NCBI GenBank assembly: GCA_977017575.1
Contig: CDRNVI010000014.1
Location: forward strand, 124,001-188,000
DNA: 64,000 bases
From: Paramoeba atlantica
Lineage: Eukaryota; Protista; Discosea
Reading direction: 5' to 3'
Of this stretch, positions 11,162 through 22,429 are shown piece by piece. Below the pieces are notes generated by a model. The model was not told the origin of the DNA and did no database searches. It saw only the letters and a program-made list of their open reading frames with translations. Each line of letters opens with the position of its first letter. Positions within the stretch are counted from its first letter, which is position 1. The position numbers and the translations under genes are program-made.

Positions 11162-11680
11162 CTATTCCCCCCTCTCTATCCCCTTTCTCCTACCCCTCTC
11201 CTCCCCCCTCCTCTTCCCCTCCCCTTTCCCCCCCCCTCCCCCCTCCCCGCTCCCCGCCCCTCCCGCCGGGTCCCTCACCATCGTCCCCTCCACCGCCACC
11301 ACCTCCTCCACCATCAGCCCCTGCGCGCTCACCGCGGCCCGCACCCCCGGCAGGCTCTCCCGGAACGACCCCATGTCCACGACGCGCTGGGACAGCAGGC
11401 TGCCGGCCCGGGCGTGGGCCCCGCGCGCACTGACCCGCGCCGCGCCGTGGTCCAGGAGCGCCGCGAGCACCGGGGGGGCGAGCGTGTCGTGGAGGCCGGG
11501 GGGGAGGAGCGGGAGGGCGGGGGTGCGGGCCGCGGTGACCCGCGCGAGCTCGGAGAGGAGCAGGCGGAGGTCGGGGGACTCCCGGGTGGCGCGGGCGGTG
11601 CGCCAGAGGAGGGGCTGGAGACGCTGGGTGGCGTAGTGGAGGGCGTGGAGGGCGTGGCGGCGGGCGTAGAATTCGTTCAT
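11162..11680 (-). CDS. Hypothetical GC-rich protein (may extend to 10826 past a TAG)
   Basis: GC-rich ORF preceded by a long polypyrimidine tract on the minus strand; no family recognised. Confidence 0.55.
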   Translation of the reverse strand: MNEFYARRHALHALHYATQRLQPLLWRTARATRESPDLRLLLSELARVTAARTPALPLLPPGLHDTLAPPVLAALLDHGAARVSARGAHARAGSLLSQRVVDMGSFRESLPGVRAAVSAQGLMVEEVVAVEGTMVRDPAGGAGSGEGGGGGKGEGKRRGEERGRRKGIERGE

Positions 11681-11750
11681 AGGTGGGGGGGGGTAGGGGA
11701 GGGTTGGGACAAGAAGAAGAAAAAGAAAGGTGGAAGGGGAAGAAAAGAGT
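11681..11750 (-). promoter_or_regulatory. Polypyrimidine tract upstream of ATG (candidate trans-splicing signal)
   Basis: Plus strand is almost all purine, so the sense strand is pyrimidine-rich; similar tracts lie at 59564-59615 and 61625-61695. Confidence 0.5.
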
Positions 11751-12274
11751 GTTTGGAGTTACCGGTAGGGGTAGGAGGAAGATCTGACGTAAAAAACGTC
11801 GTAGAATGGTAGATGAGGTCCCAAATTTTCAGAATAGTTTTTCTGAAATTGCCGGTGGAGCGCGCGGGTCGCCAAAAAATATAATTCTGTCCCAGGGCTA
11901 CCGCTCACAATTGGGCCTTGCTCGCAGACGTGGGCTTCGCTCACAGTTGGGCCTTGCCTCCAGACACATAAACTAGGTGTCGCAGTATAGGAAAATAAAT
12001 ACAGAATTAAGAATATAATTTATAACTAGCATCGTCACCCCACACACGAAAACAGCTTTTGTATGAATGTTGTTAGGACCAGGACGAGGTTACGAACTTA
12101 CTTCCCCATTACGGGGTCGTGTCCAACATTCGAACCTTTTTACAGAAACGGTATCTTTATCGTTTGAGTAGCTTTCCTACTCCTGTGCCTCCTTCTAAAT
12201 GACTGTTATTTGTGTAACATGAACCTACAAAAAAATAAAGCACAAGAGAAGAACAATGTCAACTGAATAAAATA

Positions 12275-12451
12275 CTGTCCCCCCCGGTTAAGCGCACCTC
12301 GTTTTCCGTGAAAAGCGCGCTTAAACGGGGGGGTCTGAATCAGTACATAAAAAAAAATTTGGCGCCGCTTCGCGGCGCCGGAGACTCCACCTCAACTTTA
12401 TGTGCGCCTAAACGGGGGGGTCTGACCGGGTGCGCTTAAGGGGGGGGGCAG
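12275..12451. mobile_element. 177-bp TA-flanked MITE (family C)
   Basis: TIRs CTGTCCCCCCCGGTTAAGCGCAC / GTGCGCTTAAGGGGGGGGGCAG; internal GGCGCCGC-TTC-GCGGCGCC hairpin; second copy at 33932-34109. Confidence 0.85.
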
Positions 12452-12525
12452 TATGTTGTACGTAGACACGTGTTTTCACATCTGCATGTTTTCTTTGCGT
12501 GTTATTTTGCGGAGCCTTATGAAAG

Positions 12526-13017
12526 TCAAGCGACTCTCTTGCCACTGAAGCAGAGATTTGATGGATACTGTCCTCCCCCACCTGTAATTGTTACAGGTCG
12601 ACCGCTCAATGAAAGTTCTCCAGTAAATTCATTTTCAGAAAGATTCAAAGTTCTCAATTCTCGCGGAAGCGCGCCGAGGTCTACAGTTCCATTCTCTAGT
12701 CCACAGAAGAAGAAGAAGTCGACAGAGGTGGATCGGAAAATCACCAAAATCGACTTCCCCGTGCATGCGACAGAACCGATCCATAATAACCATTACAGTA
12801 TTCGGAAGGAATCTATAATTCAAGAAACCACCATGGTGATACGAACTCCAGTCTACGGTACCAACTTTTTTTGTTCATTGCACCAAATTCCGTGCCACCG
12901 ACAAAGAGGTGTCTCGGAGTTCCACGATGAATGAGGTTGTGTAACATTCTCAACTACACGGGAAAAGACGAGCTAGGGAGGAAGATTGTAAGTATTGCTT
13001 CGTGCAGGAGTATCCAT
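12526..13017 (-). pseudogene. Degenerate LRR gene (stop plus frameshifts)
   Basis: MDTPARSNTYNLPP*LVFSRVVENVTQPHSSWNSETPLCRWHGIWC, then LRR fragments in other frames (GTVDLGALPRELRTLNLSENEFTGEL). Confidence 0.8.
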
Positions 13018-13185
13018 GAGAATAGTACGTATGAAAAAGCTCAAATAATTCGGATTATTTATGAAAAAAGTCCATTGTAGGTAAGCAGGTAGCGTAATGT
13101 AGAACCATGTGGTATATTCGTGACAAAGAAACATTTTTCCTGCAACATCTAACATTGTAAACATGTGTTCTTATTTCTTTTTCAT

Positions 13186-14136
13186 TTAATCAATTTGTAT
13201 TTGTGATTTCGTCTCGTCGCTACCAGTCTGACCCTCTTCTCGACATTGTTCGCGCAGTTCCTGGGCTTTTTTCACGTACGGGAATTTCTCTTCCTCTGTC
13301 ATGACTCTCCACCGCGCTCCTAACTCCTTCGCGATCTGTGAGACTTTCCATCCTGGATGCTCTTTCATCAGCAAAGGACGTGCTTCGCCGGTAAACACAA
13401 AATACGCCGAGAGTGGGCGTTTTTTCGTGATTACCGATTTCACGTTTCCAGTGGTTGACCCAACTGAACCAGGAGGGTTCGTTTTATTTGCCGATACAAC
13501 ACTGCTTGTCCCCTTCGTGCTTACCTTTGGGCTGGATGCTCCAGAAAGCCTAGACCGAATCAGTGGCACCCAGTCCGCAAATCCAGTCGCTTTCAACGCG
13601 GCCTCGATGTCTTGTCGTTGCAAGACATGGCGGGAGGGCAAGTAGTGATCCTCGGGTAGGTTTTCGAGCTCGGACTGTGTCATCAGGAGCCGCGGGTCGA
13701 CGACCGCCTCCGAGGCCGTAGAGGTGAGCATCATAAGAAACAGTTGCGCAATCTTGTGTATCCCCACACGAGCCTCCCGAGACAAGGCGTACCCGGGAGG
13801 GAGGGCTTGCGTCATGTAGGGGACGGAAACAGAGAGGGGAAAGGGAGAGAAGAGGGATGAGGGTGCGTTTGTTGTGTCAGCTGGTGGGGTCTGAGGCTGT
13901 ACATCGCTTTTAGTGCCGAATAAGGAGGTCTCGATATTATGGGTTGAACTTTGAATGGTTTGTAGTTCTTCGTCGAGAATAATGGGGACTGACGGGGCTG
14001 CATGGGGGGAAGAGAGAAAATTCGGCTCCGCACGACGCGTTGTGGAAAGCGTATCGTTTTCATGAACCTCCGGAGCTGAATCAAATGAAACGGAACTGCT
14101 TTGACTGTGCTCCGCGGAAGAGGATTCATCAATCAT
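13186..14136 (-). CDS. NF-YB/DPB4-like histone-fold plus C-terminal HMG-box protein, 316 aa
   Basis: QALPPGYALSREAR..LFLMMLTSTASE..LQRQDIEAALKATGF (histone fold) and KRPLSAYFVF..IAKELGARWRVMTEEEKFPY (HMG box). Confidence 0.8.
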   Translation of the reverse strand: MIDESSSAEHSQSSSVSFDSAPEVHENDTLSTTRRAEPNFLSSPHAAPSVPIILDEELQTIQSSTHNIETSLFGTKSDVQPQTPPADTTNAPSSLFSPFPLSVSVPYMTQALPPGYALSREARVGIHKIAQLFLMMLTSTASEAVVDPRLLMTQSELENLPEDHYLPSRHVLQRQDIEAALKATGFADWVPLIRSRLSGASSPKVSTKGTSSVVSANKTNPPGSVGSTTGNVKSVITKKRPLSAYFVFTGEARPLLMKEHPGWKVSQIAKELGARWRVMTEEEKFPYVKKAQELREQCREEGQTGSDETKSQIQID

Positions 14137-14352
14137 GAGCCTGACTATAAACCCCTGTCATACGTAGAAGTGCTGTCGAGATTTAAACAAACGGAAACTA
14201 TATTTTTTTAGTGAAGTATTCTATCAGTAGGCCGTTTTATCTGCTGTAATCTAATTAGCAACTGCGATTATTGTAGTTATTGTCTAACTACCGGTCTACC
14301 TTCGATTATTGAAAAAACGTGAACAAAAACAAAAAACAAATAAAGAGGAATA

Positions 14353-15925
14353 CAGGGGGGGGCACGAAAACTGACAGGGTCCGCATTTTAGCGTCCTGAG
14401 GCAGTTTGAGCTGATTTTTGTTGCAAACGAGAGATCTCGTTCTGAATATCGTGTCTACGCTATTTAAAATACAAAAACGTTCGCCGGAAAACATTTCCAA
14501 TGAGTTACAAAAGTGAAATTTTAAAGATTTTGCAAATTGAAAAACGGGTCTAAGATTCGTAATTTTTACGTACCACGGCCCAAAAAGTACCCAGAAAGTA
14601 GGTCTTAATAGCCAGTATTCCCACCTCCACGCTCACGTAGTATAGCGAGGCGCGTGGGAAGACTCTTTAGCGTATTCACATACGCCTCGTGACATTCGTT
14701 CAACAAATATTCCTTGGCCTTTGGAATAGCCGCTTGTAATTCTTTTCGATTCTGTGGACGGAGATGGCTGTGGATGTACTTATCCATCATGCTCCACAAA
14801 TTCTCAATCAAATTGAGATCAGGAGATTTCGAAGCCAATCAATAATTTTGATGTCTTCCAACTTACCTATTCTCCTGGCTTCCCCATGCCCTGGCGCGTT
14901 GTCAAGGACAATTGTAGCCCCGGGGCGGTGATGCATCCAGTCGAAAAACCCATTTCGTTTTTTCATTGCATTCAAAAAGACCTCATTTGTAACAGTTTCA
15001 TTTGGTGCGAACTCATGGAAACACGCATCAGGCACTTCCCAACGGAGACAGGTGGCCATGAATACATGAACTCCTTTCCCCCCATACCACCTGTCTAATT
15101 GTACTGGTGTTTCCTTGGGGGGGTCAGTCATTTTTGCAAGGTACGTAATTTTTTACCATGTGATCCGCATCGAAAGATTTTTTCGTCGCACCACACAATA
15201 CGAGACAGCTGATCTGGGCTGAATCCCTCAAAGTAATCAGCAAGTTGTAGTCTAGCAGCTTTGTGCTCAGCTGTTAAAAAAGGCTTGTGCGACATCGTCT
15301 TAATGACGTATCCCATCTTTTTCAAACTCCGTTTCACGGTGTTTAGACTACGTGGATAAAGTACTTTATCCACTCTCTTATGTACCCATTTAAACCCCGG
15401 ACACCCGAATTGTGTGTCTCGCTCAGCATCAACAATAGCACAGAGCATGGCTCGGAACTCCTCCGTATCAACGCCGTTATCGCGCGAGTAGGGTGCACGT
15501 GCCACGTCACCTGACTCATCGAAACGCGCTTTGTACCGAGAGACAGAGCTCTCTGAACAGTTCATCATACGTGCCGTATCCGGAATAGATGTCCCACGGT
15601 GTCTTTCGTGTGCGCAGACAATGCGCACAGGATATGAACACTGTTCTGGTGATAGCTGGCGACGGTTTAGTCTATTCCGTTGACCCATAGTAAGGTAAAA
15701 AGAAGAAAAAATAGCTTTTTTTTACGTTTTTCGATACTTTTTGCAAAATATTTTGCCCAAAATTTCAATATTTTGTAAATATTTTTTTTGATTAGCAGAA
15801 ACGGGCTCCAAATAGCGTAGACACGATATTCAGAACGAGATCTCTCGTTTGCAACAAAAAGCAGCTCAAACGGCCCTAGGACGCTAAAATGCGGACCTTG
15901 TCAGTTTTCGTGCCCCCCCCCCCTG
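14353..15925 (-). mobile_element. Full-length Tc1/mariner element with about 110-bp TIRs and a twice-frameshifted transposase (15688 to 14605)
   Basis: TA-CAGGGGGGGGCACGAAAACTGACA...TGTCAGTTTTCGTGCCCCCCCCCCCTG-TA; WCDEK, LDNAPGH and SPDLNLIEN motifs lie in three ORF pieces. Inserted into a Family A end (about 14268-14350). Confidence 0.92.
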
Positions 15926-16155
15926 TATAGTAATAAATTTATAATTTACAGTCAAAGTGCTTATTAACAATAATAATAGTTAACGGAATATTTTCACAGT
16001 CCGCTCTTTGTGCTCATGCACGTGTATGTGAACACCGTACATTACCACATAAGGATCGCTCTATCAAATTAACTGTAACGTGGGGTTGGTTATGCCACGA
16101 GATAGTTCCCCAACTCCTTTGCACAAAGTCTGGATCACTATCCTCGTCACTGACC

Positions 16156-16746
16156 TTGCTAAAAAAATATGATTCATTCAGAGCTCAGGTGCCATCGGAG
16201 GATGTTGGTAATGTACTTCCAAACAATGTCCGTACTCTCTATTGCGACATGCACAGATTGAAAGAGCATGTTTTGGGTGGTATTCGTAGTTCTGTCGATG
16301 AATACGATCTTTCCGGTATGGCCATTGATGCGGGAATCATTCGATTGCATCATGAGCATGTTCTTATTGCAGTCTTGTATATAGGCCCCCATAAATGGCT
16401 AATGCCACCAATGTACCACCCAAAGTTTGGATCTTTCAGCTGTAAAGATACTGCCGAAATTGTAGTCAGAGAACTAAAGAGGTGTCTGCAAGGAGCACGT
16501 TTTTCCAAACTAGCGTATCTGGTGGTAGATGGGTGTGCAGTGAATCACGTAGCACTTCTGAGGCGTCTAGTAGGAGGAAGATTCCTAAAACTAGACTCGC
16601 CGTGTCATCCTGTGCCATTTTTTGCCATCCACAGAGAGGGTAAACTTGCAGTGTCCATCGAAAGGATGAAGGGAACTCATGATAAAGTTTCAATGATTTC
16701 AATAAATGAAAATATTAGAAATTTACAAAGCGGCACTATACAGTAA
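16156..16746 (+). pseudogene. Possible hAT-like transposase fragment
   Basis: TAEIVVRELKRCL..KLAYLVVDGCAVN resembles the hAT RNase-H second-Asp region; weak. Confidence 0.35.
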
Positions 16747-16957
16747 GTGGGGGGGGAGTACACCGCGGTACTATAAGTGGGGGCGGCACAGTAAGTTTAT
16801 TCGAATGATATTTATTCCGTTAATAAGTACTTTGACGGTCATAGAAGATAGTACACTGCCGACTAATATTTTTACCATTTTTATTTAATAAAGCGCAAAC
16901 TGGTCGAGTATCACGCACATCTTTGTCACACTTGTTGTCTTCCTCGATCAGCGGAAG

Positions 16958-17428
16958 TTGGCGGAGCATAAGCTCGTCCACGAGCAGGCCGCTGTCCCCG
17001 CGACCGCCGCCCACCTTCTCAAGGAACACCGACGGGGGGCATCAGATATCAAGGACCTCCAGTGGGCCTCAGCCTCCGAACTACACAACGCGTGGCTCCG
17101 TGAACTCCGGCGCTTCGCCTTACTAAACAGGACCCCAACAACCCCGGTGAGTGGGCACACTGACGTAGACTCTACGCCGCCCCCTATGGCAGACGCTCCT
17201 CGACTTCGCCACCAGTCGGGGGGAGCGCACGGCCCACCGGGGACGCCTCCCCTCCCCATCCCCTCCCCTCCGGAACTCTACGAGTTCCCTCGCATGGACG
17301 TCAGGGTGTTCGACGGAACCACCCACGGCTCATGCATCAACACAAACCTCCCCCTCCCCGAAAATATTCCCTTCTTCCTTTGGCACACGCTGGCTCTGGC
17401 CCACGATTTCGCATGCCCATGTATGTAA
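16958..17428 (+). other. Unassigned ORF between transposon ends, probably a mobile-element fragment
   Basis: 156-aa GC-rich ORF on the strand opposite the host genes; no family recognised. Confidence 0.2.
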
Positions 17429-17989
17429 GATTGATTGACACAATAATACTTCCTGTGGCATACTTCAAGAGTTACATACAAAACGATTTCAAAGAATATG
17501 ATTGTTGTCGCTGATCGTATTCCTTTTAATCTTCGATACTTCTTCTTACTCTACTTTGCGCCAATATGGAAACTAGTTAAGAAATATGAATGTACAATGC
17601 CCGTCGCCAAACGTTCATTCCTATAAATCAAAAATTCCCTTGTACTTCTAGTACTAAACGGGTTCTCTGTTTGATTTGCAAACCGCGGGTTTCGGTACAC
17701 ACCCACCCGCGGCCCCTCAATAATAAGCACTAAAATTGCTTCATTATTTTGAAAAAGAAACAGTGTGGATCAGAGGAGATCTCTAGAGATCGATGAAGAT
17801 AATTCTTGAACGCCCAAAGGGACTACCTGCAGACTCTTCATTTCAACAGCGGCGAAAATCTGTACAAAAATTCGTACCAAAAAAAAAAATCGCGCCGCTT
17901 TGCGGCGTTGTTCTTCTGAACGATGCGTCAAAATTGCGCTTAAGTGGGTCAAACGGTTGCGCATAAGTAGGGGGGACAGTAATTATAAC

Positions 17990-18820
17990 ACAGTGCCCCC
18001 CCACTTATTTGTCGTAGTCCCACCCCCCAATTAATTGTCCTTTTTGACGAGACTGGGCAGGAGGCGCCGCGAAGCGGCGCCGGAAGTTTTTTTAGGGGGG
18101 GGGGGGCAATTTTTCCCTACCAACCTGCGCTGTTTTATGGCCAAAGGAATATCGCGGCGTGTGTTTTGGCGTCTCCCGGACGTGGCTCTGCAATTCAGTT
18201 CAACTTTTGCTCGAAGAGGGCCTTTCAAAGGGACCATTCCTTCATTTTCATCATCCGAATCAGAACTGTTGCTCGCAGAACCGGAGTCTTCAGAAGAGCT
18301 ATCGTTCAAGGATTCTTCACTGGAAGAATTCGAGTTGCTTTCAATAATCCCGACCCCCCATTCACGACGCTCCTGGCGAAGCTTCTCTATTTCGAGATAA
18401 AACAATTTTTCCTCAAATCCAGGAATCTCAGAGCTTTTTTGCATGAACAGGGATAATTTTTCGTAAAAATTCTCAAAGGTGAAATAATAAGAAAAACGGA
18501 ATAATAAGTGTGCTGGGGGTTTACTGTGTACTTCTCTTTATATTTTCACTATTTTTGTTCACTTGTTTTTCAATAATCGAGGGTAGAGCGGTAGTTATAC
18601 AACCACCGCAATAAACTAATTACTAGTACGGGAAAGGCAGAAAAACTACTCATACAATAATACCGTTTCTGTAAAGCCAACTTTATCCGAACGCTTTGGA
18701 GATTTCTAAAATAATGAAAAAAGTTTGGGAACTTTGTTTCACCTAACCAAATAAATTAAGCCCCCCACTTAATTGTCCTTTTTTTGAGAAAGTGGTGACA
18801 AATAAGTGGGGGCGGCACAG
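17990..18820 (-). mobile_element. pogo-type deletion derivative with nested Family A end (about 18520-18612)
   Basis: Inverted ends GTGCCCCCCCACTTATTTGTC / GACAAATAAGTGGGGGCGGCACAG-TA; acidic C-terminal ORF 18031-18444. Confidence 0.6.
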
Positions 18821-19342
18821 TACCTTTCTAGGTCCGTCGGGTCCGGACCCAAGTGGGTCCATAGGGACGGGTCCGGACTCGGGTCCTCGGACCCACGGAC
18901 CCATTCTTTTATGTTAATTTGTAACAACGCTGGGTTTAGTTCCGAGCAATTATGTGGTTTGATGGTGGTGGGCGGCGGGGAGGGTGGATGGAGAGGAACA
19001 TTTACCGATATCGCATTGACATAAATGGAAAATGGAGAATAAATAAAATTATTTATAATTATTTATAATCAGCGCGATCTCATAAAGACGTCTAGTAGAG
19101 TAGTAAACGAGTTGAATATCTCTTCTAAATGATATGTAGAATCACGACTTTCGCGCTATATTAAACTAATTTGAAAGGTAATATCATAAATCATGTCATG
19201 TAAATTTTTCTGCACGTACCCAGAGAAACAACCATTGAATTTATTACTATAACATCTGCTAATACTATTGCCACCCTACTAACGAACGGGAAAAATCTTT
19301 TACAGCCACCAAAACTTTTGACTATGGAAATATTGGATTAGC

Positions 19343-19478
19343 CTTGCGGCCCGAGCAGGCGTCGAGTGCCGTCTGGGAAGGGGGTAGCAAGACAATGAAG
19401 GTCGGTGACCTGAGACTCTACCCTAACGGTTGGCGCTGCAGAGCCCTCCGTGTCTTCTTCTTCTTCTTCTTCTTCTTC
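19343..19478 (+). mobile_element. 136-bp SINE-like insert with (TTC)n tail
   Basis: 12-bp direct repeat TATTGGATTAGC at 19331-19342 and 19479-19490; about 8 TTC units at the 3' end. Confidence 0.85.
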
Positions 19479-19567
19479 TATTGGATTAGCGTCCTATATA
19501 AGAAAATATATAAATAATTTTCTTTTGTTGTTGTTTACTACAGGGGTTTCACTGCAGGGGAACTTTC

Positions 19568-20032
19568 GGTCAAAGTGAAGCATTATTGCGCCTTTTTTGA
19601 AAAAAAGTAAAGTTTTTTTAATTTTCTATTTTTCGACCGCTACTACTTATTTCTTATGGTTTCGCTTCCAGAAAGCCGAGTCTGCAAACTAATTTGAGGT
19701 CTTCACACAGTCGTCTTAATGGGTGCCCCTCGCTATTTCCAGTCTTCAGACGACCATTCACAACTTCTCCGCTGAACTTTATCCGATCTTCCCTTTCTTC
19801 ATCAAAGCACCCAAGGGTCCCATTCCCACGGGAACGTACTTCTTTCTTGAGCATCCCGTTCATGCGTTCAACAGTGTTGGTGTGTACACCAGTGTTGGGG
19901 TCCACCCAAAATCGTCGATGATTTACTGTCTCATGCCGCAAGTCGTTTCCCAGGGAGCGACTCGCTCGCCAGCAATCAGTGCGCGCCACGGCCCGGCTCC
20001 CAGCAGACAACTCAATGACTTGTGTATTCACC
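19568..20032 (-). mobile_element. Merlin (IS1016/ISXO2-like) truncated element
   Basis: TIR GGTCAAAGTGAAGCATTATTGCGCC; 8-bp direct repeat GAACTTTC at 19560-19567 and 20033-20040; ORF motifs TDCWRA, HETVNH and VDPNTGVHTNTVE. Confidence 0.88.
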
Positions 20033-20479
20033 GAACTTTCAATAGAAACTCTAAAGTGTTGTGAAACAATGCATGCACGACATTTGTGAACGTTGTAACT
20101 GCCTATTGTTCTAGAAATGTGTTGAAATGTGTTTTAGAAATGTTGAAACTAAATATTTTCTTCAAAAATGAATAAAAAAATAAATGACAAAAAATTACCA
20201 GTTTTTGAATTTTAGGGTACATTTTTGCCGGAATACTGCCTGATATTATATACGAGCCGATGACTATCACATATTCAAATAGAATACAATAAGGCGAAGC
20301 TCTAAATTAGCCTTGCTAACGTTGGTTTATAAAAACCAGAGAAAGATATTTCAGATACGAGAGAGAAATACAAATTGTAATATAATTATTAATGATGCGC
20401 AAGTTAGGGATTTTACATGTTTTTTCACGATGTTTTTGCACTTTTTTATGAATAGTTTGGGATTTTTTCTCACCTTTTG

Positions 20480-21097
20480 TTAAAAGAACTCCATTTTCTT
20501 TTTGATTACTCCATTACTCGCTGATATTCTTGTGTCTTCAACATTGTAGTACAAATTCTTCAGTGCGCCATCTACATCCAAGTAACCTTCCAATTTTTCG
20601 TTAAAATTCAAATATAATTCCCTCAAGGTTAGCGGGAGAGAAGAAAAATCTGCATAGCCTTCAAATCTGTTGTTACTGATTGACAAGTATTCTAGCCTGG
20701 GCGGGAGAGTACACAGGTTTGGGGTGCCCGTAAATTGGTTGTTAAATAAAGCAATCGTTTGCAATGTTGGAGGCAATTCTTCGAAAGGAAAATTTCCCGA
20801 AAGTTCATTTTTATGAAGATGTAGAGTCACCAATGTCCTGGGCAAATATTTCACATTCAGTTCACCACGAAGTTTTAAACACGACCACCGCAGAGTGATT
20901 ATAGTACCAAATAGATCGCATGCAATATAACCCCATTCACACGCTGGTGTATTCGTACTCCAGGTGGAGGGATGGTTTTCCACATTTTGTATGAGTCGTA
21001 TTAAATTATATTCCACTGGTAGTGAAGCTCCGGTAACCTTACCCGGACGTACAGTCGGTTGTGTGTCCGATGAATGGAGTGTAAGTAGTGGAGGCAT
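20480..21097 (-). CDS. Leucine-rich repeat protein, 205 aa (subfamily with 31316 and 29882/30691)
   Basis: GKVTGASLPVEY leader, CEWGYIAC cap, 4 LRRs. Confidence 0.92.
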   Translation of the reverse strand: MPPLLTLHSSDTQPTVRPGKVTGASLPVEYNLIRLIQNVENHPSTWSTNTPACEWGYIACDLFGTIITLRWSCLKLRGELNVKYLPRTLVTLHLHKNELSGNFPFEELPPTLQTIALFNNQFTGTPNLCTLPPRLEYLSISNNRFEGYADFSSLPLTLRELYLNFNEKLEGYLDVDGALKNLYYNVEDTRISASNGVIKKKMEFF

Positions 21098-21612
21098 AAA
21101 AATGCTTAGTATTTTATGAGACTTTTTAATACCAGAATGAGGTTAGTATTCGATATGTTTTCCAAATTACGGGAAAAAAACGTTCGAAGTACATGCTCGA
21201 AGACCTAAGAAGTACATCAAAAGGAGGGAAAACACATATAAACACGCTTGCTGCAAACGCCGTATAGTAGAAGTGAAGACCCCGGGAAACATTGAGAGCT
21301 TTGGAATCACTTTAATTAAAAATGCGTGCATTCTCCAACACGAGCGCGTGTCCTACAAAAGTTTGTCAGCGCGAATACGACGCACATCAAAAGCCGAATT
21401 TGAGAAACAAATGTTTCTCAAGTATGGCGGAAATAAGCGTCGACATGCCGTGTGCAATCACTGTGGTATCGTATTCGATGGGCACTACGCACAAATTTAC
21501 TGAGCGCGTATAACGTCAAAATGCAAAATCCTGCATCCAAAAGGAGCAAAGCCTTGCGCTATTGGCCTTACGCTATTAGCCTTACGCGATAAAATTGTTT
21601 TCGTTTTGGATA

Positions 21613-22376
21613 CAGTGGGTGGCACTTGAACCTGGGGGGGTCTAAAAAATTTTGTTGCAAGGCATCGGCGAAGCTAACTTACTGGAGGGTATCATGGTTT
21701 GGATGGGGGTAAGCCTGACACACGGATTCTTCTTTCACGTTTTCCGCTCTCATCATCCAGATGGCCCGAAGTTCACTGTCAACGGTGATGCCTTCCTTGA
21801 TGCCATGCAAAAGAGGGGAGGTTTCTTTCAGTACTTGCGGAGGCACCGCGCGTATGAAGCGATGGACAACGCCCCTGTTCATAACAAGGCACGTGCCAAA
21901 GCCCAAGAGAAAGGGTATACCTGGTTGCAATGGCCAGCGAAGTCCCCGGATCTAAATCCGATTGAGAACCTTTGGTCCATTATGGATGCGACAAAGGACA
22001 ACATTCACCCTCGAAATCGAATTCAATTGCTCGATGCCATCCACGTTGCGTTTCGTAAATTGGAAAACGAGCAAAAGACTGATTGCCTAAACACGCTTCG
22101 TAGCTTTCGAAAGCGTTGTTCCATCTTTGTCCAGAGAAATGGCAAGCACTATGGGTATTAGTGGGCTTTTTTTTAAGGTTAATTGAGTAAAATTAATTAA
22201 AATTTGTAAGTGACAAATCTCATTTGGGAGCCATCTGACGATCTCTACCCCGTGTTCTAATAGTTTTTTGTACTAAGACATGTAACTCTGAGAGAGCTCT
22301 CGAATGCGCTATTATTTTCCAAAATTGGATAGTGTTTCAAATTTTAGACCCCCCCAGGTGCAAGTGCCACCCCCTG
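21613..22376 (+). mobile_element. Internally deleted Tc1/mariner element with C-terminal transposase (21652-22161)
   Basis: About 40-bp TIRs CAGTGGGTGGCACTTGAACCTGGGGGGGTCTAAAA, TA flanks; MDNAPVH and WPAKSPDLNPIENLW motifs. Confidence 0.9.
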
Positions 22377-22429
22377 TATGTTCCTGTAATACTATAGTTT
22401 CCACTATAACTTAATTCACATATAACATA

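Noticed and set aside
11015-11812. Long Pro/Gly/Arg-rich plus-strand ORFs (also 25732-26589, 58474-59028, 60674-61531)
   Set aside because: Antisense shadows of GC-rich minus-strand genes, with low-complexity translations.
21200-21503. BED zinc-finger fragment (HAVCNHCG)
   Set aside because: Too short and degenerate; the second ligand pair is not convincing.
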